38,929 bases of DNA, taken from Basidioascus undulatus. Taxonomy: Eukaryota. The notes under the pieces are model-generated. The model saw only the letters and a program-made list of their open reading frames with translations, ran no database searches and was not told the DNA's origin. The DNA is taken from NCBI GenBank assembly GCA_000826855.1, contig JTLS01000102.1, forward strand, positions 1 to 38,929, given 5' to 3'. Both the position numbers and the translations under genes were made by a program. Below are positions 1 to 8,569 of this stretch, piece by piece. Position 1 is the stretch's first letter, and every line of letters begins with the position of its first letter.

Positions 1-277
1 CAATGAGCTGAGAAGACGCGGGGTGGATGTGAGGTGTGAGGAGAGACCGCATCGTTGGTCATGCATGAGGTATGGATGTAGAGTCCAATATCGTCCCGAA
101 AGTCTCGAAAGACTCGAAAGAAACCCATATGCACCCACAGAAGGCAGCAGTCCAAGGAAACAGCGACCGAAGAAGACGCTCTCACACTTTCTTAGCCTTC
201 CATCCACCCACGTCTTCCATCCGGTCAGCTTTCCGTACCTCAACCATGCCTCGCAAAGAACTGCTCACCGCAGTCAT
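1..277 (-). CDS. Possible 5' end of a minus-strand gene running off the window start (micro-exons MTA / AKK...)
   Basis: ATG at 277-275, then 9 nt and a GTGAGC donor, a GCTGAC branch-like motif, AG, a short GCTAAGAAAGT segment and another GTGAGA donor. No recognisable protein. Confidence 0.2.
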
Positions 278-530
278 GATCAGCGCGTCTGCACAAAAAA
301 TTCGGAAAATGGGTGTTGCGGTGGGAGATTAAGCCGCTGATAGAGACTTGAGAGAAGACGCATTGCGCGATCGTCATGAGCTGCGAAGACGCCCCCCGCG
401 ACACGGCGCGGGGATGCCGGCGAGCCGGCCGATCAGCATCGAGGTTTTTTTTTTTTTAGTCAAACAAGAAAAGCCACCCAATAAGGAAAAGAGCGTTCGT
501 TCTTGAACTCTTGAGGATGGGCATGGTGGC

Positions 531-1145
531 ATGAAGACAATGGGGGGTACGAATTCCTCTTCGTTCACTTGCGTTATCTTGTCGATTTGCACTTATCGGC
601 GGGCTGCGCGGAAGCAGAGTATTGGTACGAGTGGATGGTGCGTTTCTCTTCATCTCGAATCATCTCTCATCACAGCGAACCATTCTAACTATATTTCATA
701 TGGACAGGACAAGTATCACCGAGCTTTCAGCGTCGCGCGCACTCTCCGGTCCGTGTCCTTCGGCAGTGCTTTCGACAGTGAATCCCCGATTCTTTACCAG
801 GCCGCGCTGGACAACCCTGATATTTCGCTCGATCGCCTCGAGCTCGGCGAGGGGTCTGACCGCTCCACGCCAGACGTCGTGTCAATAACAGCGTCTCGAC
901 ACTTCTCACGTAGCCGTCTGCGAGCTGGACTTGCATCCGGAATTCCGCGCGCTCCTCCTCGCTCAGCTGCTGGCTGCGGCGTGTCCAACTGTGGGAGCGT
1001 ATTCGTGGACCGGGTAGTGCAGGGAATTCTTTGGGGTCGGAAATGTATGAGGTCCCAGATCTCGAGGGACCCCGACGGCAATGTGGACATCACGGAGGAG
1101 TACGGCGTGGAACACCGGTCCTTGTCGTGGCTGTTGGATGGCTGA
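531..1145. other. Ambiguous coding-like segment (hypothetical protein or decayed gene; strand unresolved)
   Basis: A 204-aa ORF on + and protein-like minus-strand fragments (LSEEERAEFRMQVQLADGY, RPLAELEAIERNIRVVQRGLVKNRGF) overlap. No family recognised. Confidence 0.2.
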
Positions 1146-1871
1146 GTAGATCCTGTACTTTTATTTTGAAACGAGCTGTTGAAAATTTCCGCTAATCTGT
1201 GGGTATGTGCCGAGTTGTTTTTGCCTCAGCGATGCCTTCTATCCTCAGTTTGGCACTTGATGGCCCTTCGTGTCGCTCCTCGTCCTTACATCTTCTGGGG
1301 AAATGCCAGCGGGGTATACTCTTTGACTTCAAGGCGCAGGGATTGTTGGGAGTCCTCGGTCAGTTTTGACTAAGCCATCACGTGAGTGGTCCCTTCCAAT
1401 CAACGGAAGGCGAGAGCAGTGCAGGACCGTGCCGTGGAGTCTGGTCGCACACAGCCTGGCCGTCCCAGAGTATAATCTGAACACGTACTATTCGTGTATC
1501 TAGGGAAGGGGGAAGCTAGGTAGCTGTTCTTATAGACCCTGAATGACAATGATGGGAAGCGATAATTTCGACAGCTGCAGCCTGCTCAGCACCGCTCGCG
1601 AGGCTCTTTTGGCGACCCGCACTCTCCGGAATGAAGCACTTGCAAATAAAAAACGAAATCCCAGAATGTGCAAGAGTATTTGAGGGTGTGTTGGTACTGC
1701 CGGGCTCGCCCGCACGACGTCCCCGTGAGGAAGTCAACATCCGTTTCGCCTGTATGGGGAAGCTTTGCGACAGCCAATGGCAATGGCAGGGCACGTTGCA
1801 GATTTGGATATCCACAGCAGGCTCACATCAGGCCCACACCAAGAAGACAGCGTGCCTAGTCGAACCATGAA

Positions 1872-2572
1872 TCATCGTCGCCTCTCTTCACTCCGTTCCA
1901 GCTTCCGTTCCAAATTCCGTTCACTCCGTCTTTCCCACTGCTGTTCCTGCTTTTCTAACCGGTCATACGGATGAACGAACTCCAGTTCCCTCTGCTCCAT
2001 CTCTTTATAGGACGGCCATGACGGCTCAGGCGTCGTTTTTGGAGTGACGAAGCGCTTGAGCAGGCGTTGCCTATGCGCGCGTGCTTCCATGTCCACCTTG
2101 GCCGTGCGTTCCTGCAAGGGCGGCTTGGGATGCAGCGCCAGTAACCAATGCGACTTCTCGATCTCGCGCGAGCCGTCAGGGTGGGTGATGAGCCGCGAGG
2201 TCGACCCTCGCTTCGTGACATCTCGGGGCACGGGCGCGTCCGCCTCGAGAGACGACGTACTGGTCGTACGGTGCTTTTGCACGACCGCGGAATCGATGAG
2301 TGGCTGGAGGACTTTGGACTTCAGGAAACTGTGGGATAGGGCGGAAGTATGTCAATGCATGAGGGGAGGGGCGGTGGCGGGCGACGGAGGGGCACGCACG
2401 CCATGCTCGGGACCAGCTCCTTGTCCTTCTCTTGGACGATCTTATACAGCTCGTGGTTCGTCATGGGCCCTTTGCAGGCGAGGATCTCGCGCACGACCAT
2501 GGAGGCGGGCGAGGACGTCTCCATCCGTATGCCCACCGGGTACGGCAGCGCGCGCCGCAGGGTTGCGAACAT
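1872..2572 (-). CDS. Hypothetical protein, 2 exons, ~210 aa; basic presequence-like N-terminus and E/R-rich C-terminus
   Basis: ATG at 2572 (MFATLRRALPYP...ELYKIVQEKDKELVPSMA). A GTGCGT...CCCACAG intron (~2399-2329) joins in frame to FLKSKVLQPLIDSAVVQKH...ERKLERSEERRR*, stop at 1872. Confidence 0.7.
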
Positions 2573-3288
2573 CGTCGAGAGCGGCGGGGGCGACGACGGG
2601 AAGAGGGCTCGAGTGTGGTGCGGAAAGTAGGCGCTGATGAAGTTAAGAGGAACAGTAGTGAGTGGAAGGTTGGAGATATGAGGAGAGAAGACCAAGGTAG
2701 TTCGGGTCGTGGATTCTCGATTTCCGCGATAACGGTGCGTCCATGGACCGTCCGCGGTTGTCACAGTTGCGCAAAGTGCTTTTCGATGCACAAGATGTCG
2801 GTTTAGTCACCTATATCGGTGGCCCATGTTCCCTTTAGCATAGTAATCTGATGGGAGTCGCGTTTGGTTGGTCATGTGGTTCTGCGAGTCTCCACACAGG
2901 TCCGGCGGAGGACTGCGCGTCTTCCGGTGTCGAGATCTTACCGTCTACTAAACCTTGGTACATTGAAGCGGATCGAAAAGAATTCAGGCAGCACGAAAAG
3001 ATTTTGTTCACTCTAGTGCTGCAAAGGCAAGTCAAGAAGACGAACTTGAAGAGGGCGACGTGCTGCCTGTCACGCAATAATGTCACGCTGAAACTGCCTC
3101 GTGGCGTCAGGGCGGACAGGCTGGTCTCCTGAAGACTTCTTTCTGTGCCTCTTTGCTTGTTGCTTGTTGCTTTTCGATCACACCCTCTCGTCTATTGACG
3201 GAAACGAGAACCCCCCTCCACATACAGGCATCCTCGCCTTTCCCCGGGAGATGCACCACCGACTGAACATATCTTCTCTTTCGCCCTC

Positions 3289-3860
3289 TTGGCCGCCTTC
3301 GTGCGCGGGGGGATACTGCTCTGGTCGGCGGTCGAGCAGTTCGAAGTTCTCAAAGTCGCTTCGCCGTCGCCGGAAACGTCACGAAGCCCGACTGGTACGA
3401 CTACCCGACTTTCCGCACCGCTGACGAGTTCAACGAAGGGGTTTAGGAAGGGCTATGGTGAGTTACGCCTTTCCGCGCATCCTTCGAGCGCGCTGACATC
3501 TCGTTTGGCTGATACCTCCTTTGGCTTGCCAGGGCGGTCGCCATGACCTGGGAGGGCTGCTCGGCGTGTTTCAACGCTGAAGCCCTGAGCGACCGGCTCA
3601 TCGAGACGTGGGAGCTGCTAGACGTGCAGCTCGGCATACGCTTTGCAGACATCGAATATCCGCACGAGGACGGTGTTGTCATTTTTCCGCCCGTGGCCTT
3701 TCAGGCTTTAATGCTGACAGTTTGGGGCAAGATATCCATTCTCAGGTCATTTGCTGGCGGCCTAACCTGCAAAGGGTCGCAGGCGGCGAAGACGCAGAAC
3801 AAGGTCCAATTGAACCGCCGGAAGCGCCAATCATGTTGTAAGCTCTGCCGGTCAAGCTGA
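3289..3860 (+). CDS. Hypothetical protein fragment or decayed gene
   Basis: Two protein-like ORF pieces (GILLWSAVEQFEVLKV...; WEGCSACFNAEALSDRLIETWELLDVQLGIRFADIEY) flank a GTGAGT...GCTGAC...CCAG intron-like segment (~3458-3531). No clear start. Confidence 0.3.
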
Positions 3861-4947
3861 GATGGAAAATTAATCTGACGTGTCATGAGCATATGAAAAG
3901 CGTCGTCGATGGAACGGTGGTGCAACAGGACGACTCGGTAGCTCCGGAGAACTTCGTTCCGGGGCTTGTGCAGCTCTACACGTTGAAAACTGTTTCGTTC
4001 TAGCCGTCTGGTTCATCGGCCCATCGGCCCTAGGTGAGTCGAACTGTGTAGCAGTGGTCTACAATCCTCTAAGGAAGTTCTGCGCAAGCGACCCGCTGAC
4101 CTTGTCACATACGATGCTTGGGTAGCGACTTTACCAAGTCTATGGCATCTTCTGGGATGATTACGCCAGGAAGTACCCCGACAGAGTCCTCGCTGCGCAG
4201 GTCTTTTGCGGGGAAGAGGCGGAGTTGTGCGCTTCGCTCAACTACCGAGTTCCCGTCGATTAAACTGTGAGCGCTTATGTTACTAGCGTGGATCATTTTA
4301 CATGACCTAACATAGGGCCTGTTGCTTAGCTGGCAGAGTGGCGAAGTTGTTGAGGGCTGGACGTAGGTGGGGTACGATGAGGTCGAGTGGTTCTTCGTCG
4401 GGGGTGGAATGCAGGAGCCGTTGTGGCAACGGAGGATGTTAATTGGGACGAAAAGGAAGGAGGGAAGACGCCTGAGAACGAAGTTGACCCCTAGGGCGGT
4501 ACTTGCATTCAATCTGGCTAGCCCAAGAGACACTCGGTGTGCGTTGGCTACAACTCGTGCTTCTAGCCCTCTCGATAACAGCCGGTACTTGCTGAATTGA
4601 ACAAAGGTGACAATATCTCATTGACCGCACCGTTTATTTCCTTTGGGCAATTTGTTTCAAGCAAGGTGCCATCCACAACATGTCGATGTGTCGCACTCAG
4701 CCAGCCGGCTGGAACAGAGTTGGCGCCTCACCCGACCAGTTTGCGGCTTAAGGGCTTGTATCGTTGACGGGTAAGGTTAATCCGAGAGATTTATCAGTAG
4801 TTTGCATGCAGACAGACGGGGTCTCTTCGTGAAGCGGCACCGCAGTGGGTGTCGGCTGCCAGAGAACTTGCCCCGCGTCTTTCCTCGTTTCCTTCTTGCC
4901 TTCGCCCCTCATCGCCTTCTCTACACATCTTTATACTAACTCCGCTC

Positions 4948-6877
4948 ATGTCCTCCTCCTCTTCATCATCATCATTACTAACCGCACTATCGACGACATC
5001 GTCTTCAGCACTCACTCCATTTCTCGCAACCTTCCGCCGCGTCTTCGGCTCGCCACAGATCGCGGATGGCCTGCGCATCCTGCTCGTCGGATTCGCGCTG
5101 GAGGGGGCGCGGTGCGTCTGTGGGGGCGCGTGGAGAGTCGTTGCGGGAGGTGGGAAGGATTAAAAGGAAACTACTTTGAGGACTTTTGATGTGCTGATGC
5201 GCCGAGGGGACCCGGAAGTCTTCACAAGCACGGCCCACTTGGAGAGCCCGGATGAATCGTTCGAGTGGGTAATGGCTTGGCTCGAAGGTACGGGTTCCTG
5301 ACCCTTACAGAGTGTTACGGGATTAATGCTCATGCTCTCCTGTCCCACTCGCTGTCATCCAGCCCAGCCAAGATGGTCGTCCTCCGCCGACTTCCACGTC
5401 TCCGTACCGCGCTCCATCGGTGCTGATGACACAAGCACGGCCGTCGTGCGCTACCTGCCCTCGTACGGTTAGTCGCCTCTTCGCCGCACCTATGCTTGAA
5501 AAGTTCTTCAACTCTGACCTTCGAGCACAGACCGCCCACAGTGGCTAACTTATCACGGCTGGCCACTGCGGGTCTCGCGCTCGCGTCAGGGTCTTGAAGG
5601 CTCTCATGCATCCTCATCAGGCCGCGAAGCGCAGCGCGAGTCGCTCACTATCACGTGCGTCTTTGTGGCTCGCTACGCCCCGCCGCTCATCCGTCTATCG
5701 AAGCTGACCCATCCGCGCGCTGCACAGCGCCTTCACGCTTTCGTGTTCTGTCCTTCCGCGCTTGATCGAGCAAGCGCGGGAAGTCTACCTACAAACGTCG
5801 CAGTCCCGTCTGGTGGTGCATATGGCCGAGTGCGTTACGCCTCCTTCCAGCTTTGGGTATCCTCAAAACGGCTGACGCTGCACGACCCACACAGCCAGTA
5901 TGGCAACTGGCGCCGCCTCGCGTCCAAGCCGCACCGCTCCCTGGCGTCCGTCGTCCTCCCACGTGGGGTGAAGGAGCGCCTGCGCGCGGACGCGCAGGAG
6001 TTCCTGGATAGCGAGGAGTGGTACGCTGCGAGGGGGACACCATATCGGAGGGGGTACCTGCTGTACGGTGAGTGACAGGCGGAAAGGTGCTGATTCAAGG
6101 GGGAAGTTTGCTTACGCAATTCGTGTCCAGGCACACCCGGGAGCGGAAAGTCGAGCACGATCCATGCGCTCGCTTCCGAGCTCAGACTCGAGGTCTACGT
6201 CGTCTCGCTCTCCCTAAAGGGGTGTGTCTTTTTCCCCGCGCTTCTTCCCAAGCGACACAACTCACGCCTTCCCCGGCACCCAAGCCTCGATGACGCCGTC
6301 CTTGCGGACCTGACTACCTCCACTCCCTCGCGGTGCATCCTCCTCTTCGAAGACCTCGACGCGGCATTTTCCTCCCGTAGCGGCCTGTCGTCTTCCGCGC
6401 AGTCCCCTTCCAATTCGAGCGTCACGCTCTCAGGTCTCTTGAACGCCATCGACGGCGTCGCGGCGCAGGAGGGACGACTGCTGTTCGCCACTTCCAATTA
6501 TGCAGACCGACTTGATCTGGCGCTTTCTCGGCCTGTACGTCACGCCGCCCACACCCGAGGTTAATTTCTGCACTTTTCCCTGGTAACTGATGCGCGGCTA
6601 GTCTTCACAGGGCCGCATAGACGTGAAGATCGAGTACACGCATGCCTCGCGCTCCCAAGCTGCCGAGCTCTTCAGGCGGTTCTACCCCCCTTCTCGCAGC
6701 CGAGAGGAGAAGGAGGAGGAGGAGGCACTGCAGCTTGCAGACGCGTTCGCGGCAGGCGTGCCGGAGGGGAGGCTGAGCGTGTCCCAGCTGCAGGGCTATC
6801 TGATGCTGTGGAAGGACAAGCCTAGAGCGGCAGTTGCGGGACTGAGGGAGTGGATCAGGGAGGAGCTAGGCGAATGA
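4948..6877 (+). CDS. BCS1-like mitochondrial AAA+ ATPase (BCS1_N + AAA), ~9 exons
   Basis: Spliced translation: N-terminal TM segment IADGLRILLVGFALEGAR; DESFEWVMAWL; WRRLASKPHRSLASVVL; WYAARGTPYRRGYLLYG|TPGSGKSS (Walker A); ILLFEDLDAAF (Walker B); VTLSGLLNAIDGVAAQEGRLLFATSN; LSRP|GRIDVKIEY; SVSQLQGYLM. Stop at 6875-6877. Confidence 0.93.
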
Positions 6878-6979
6878 ATTCGGTGTGCAGGCTTCGATTA
6901 TTCTCACCAAGTGCAATAGAGGTGGACGCGGAGGAAAGTCGTCGGACTCCGCAGCGTGCATCGACAATGTCGAACCCCC

Positions 6980-8222
6980 CTAAAGCTCCGGCGTGAAAGC
7001 GAAAAGCGCGATCTCAAATCTCTCGAGGCGAAGGTGCGAAAGGCCCTCGATGGCTGTGCGGAAATCGTTCTCGTTCAAGGCGCCGTCGATGATCACGTTT
7101 CGAACGTTGGGTGCGCGGAGGAACAGTCCCTCGTCTTCGAAGCGGAAGGATCCTTTCAAACGGACGGTAGAGAGGGCCGGTAGGAGCCCGGGGGGGGNGG
7201 GGGGGGGGGGGAGGTGCCGGCCAAGGCAGCGGAACAAGGTGAGTTGGACGCGGCTCACCTTCAGTGTCAACATCGAGCACTTCGAGGTACGACCAGGACT
7301 TCGAGTACTCCGTACGCCACAAAGAGGACGAGCATTGAAGGCTTCCCTCGTACAGAGTCCCGAACGGATGCCCAAACAATCGCAGTCCGTACCTGTGGTC
7401 ACTCCGAACAGTAATGCAGAGGCGTTTCACGATAGCACGGTGACCTTCGACCATGTTCAGGAGCATCGAACCGGCAGTGCGACTGCTCCTTGTCGCGCAA
7501 GGCAGTGAAATCAGGTCACTGAGCCGATAGAATGGGTCTGCGGACCGCGACCGGCGTTTTCAGCGACGTATTCGATCGAGAGGTCAAGACGGTTTAGACG
7601 GGGTTGGGAGTGACCGAGCTTGAACATTGGTTGCTGAGAGGTGAGAGCGCAGACGCTGAGCGCCAATCTTTCTTAAAATGCAGTCTGGTTCACGGTACTT
7701 CTCATGACCACCCTCCGAGGCAAGGAACTAGGTGTACCGAGCCTTGGAAGCCGTTGGAGAACACCGCAGAGGGCATCTTGCATTCGGGCGATCTCGTCAA
7801 CGTCTCCTTCGACCCCTTGGGCTTGTCACGACGTCGAGAGTACTGCGATTATGAAAAATCATCAACAATAGATTCCCTCGTCTCGCCTCCGGCCGTGCTC
7901 AGGGGAATATCATGTACTACGCACCTCGCGTGCCTCGCGACGCTTGCCCCATCCAGCAGCGACGCAAGCTTGTGCAGGAGCGCGACATGCTTTTGAAGGG
8001 AAGGGCAAGAGTTGTACGTTACCCGACTGTGCTTGATATCACGGTAGACGAGTGGCAAGGCGATGGTTCGCAGGCGATAGTCGAGGTGTGCAATGCGAAC
8101 GCGAGTTTCAAACCGGGGCCCTCGATGGACACCGTCCGTCGTGGTTTCGGTGATGGCGAAGGTAAAGAGGAATATGTCGGATATGAGCTCTTAGTAACGA
8201 TGTCGAATGTGTTGGCCTGCAT
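6980..8222 (-). pseudogene. F-box / LRR (RNI-like) protein pseudogene
   Basis: MQANTFDIVT[frameshift ~8191]ELISDIFLF...RLRTIALPLVYRDI resembles an F-box start. LRR-like pieces follow: QRLPRLERLAL, RLNRLDLSI, YLEVLDVD, PALSTVRL, APNVRNVII, LRLERFEI. Further frame changes at ~7815 and ~7540; introns still recognisable. Confidence 0.65.
7190..7211. repeat. Poly-G tract containing an N (uncertain assembly site)
   Basis: 22-nt G run with an n at 7198. Confidence 0.95.
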
Positions 8223-8569
8223 CGTGGCTTAGACTGGATGGATGCGAGAAACGAACCGGAGAACACGCACCAGAGAGCGGCTGCATCTTCTGCCGTCGGA
8301 AACAAATCTCACTGAGAAGTCGCTTGATCCCCCGTCTTTGGGGATCAAACTGTGAGCATGACAAGATCGATTTAGAGGATAACGTCTCTTACACCAGCCA
8401 AACCGAGAAAGCCGAAAGCCCTTTAATTTGTGGGTGCGCGAAAGCTGCACGTCGCAGTCATCGAGGACAGTCACGAAAACTTCTGCAGAGAATACAACAC
8501 TTGTGCACAGTACACGTGGGCTCGAGGCTCACCTGCCACCACATCCAAAAGGTCCTCTGCCCTCAACTT

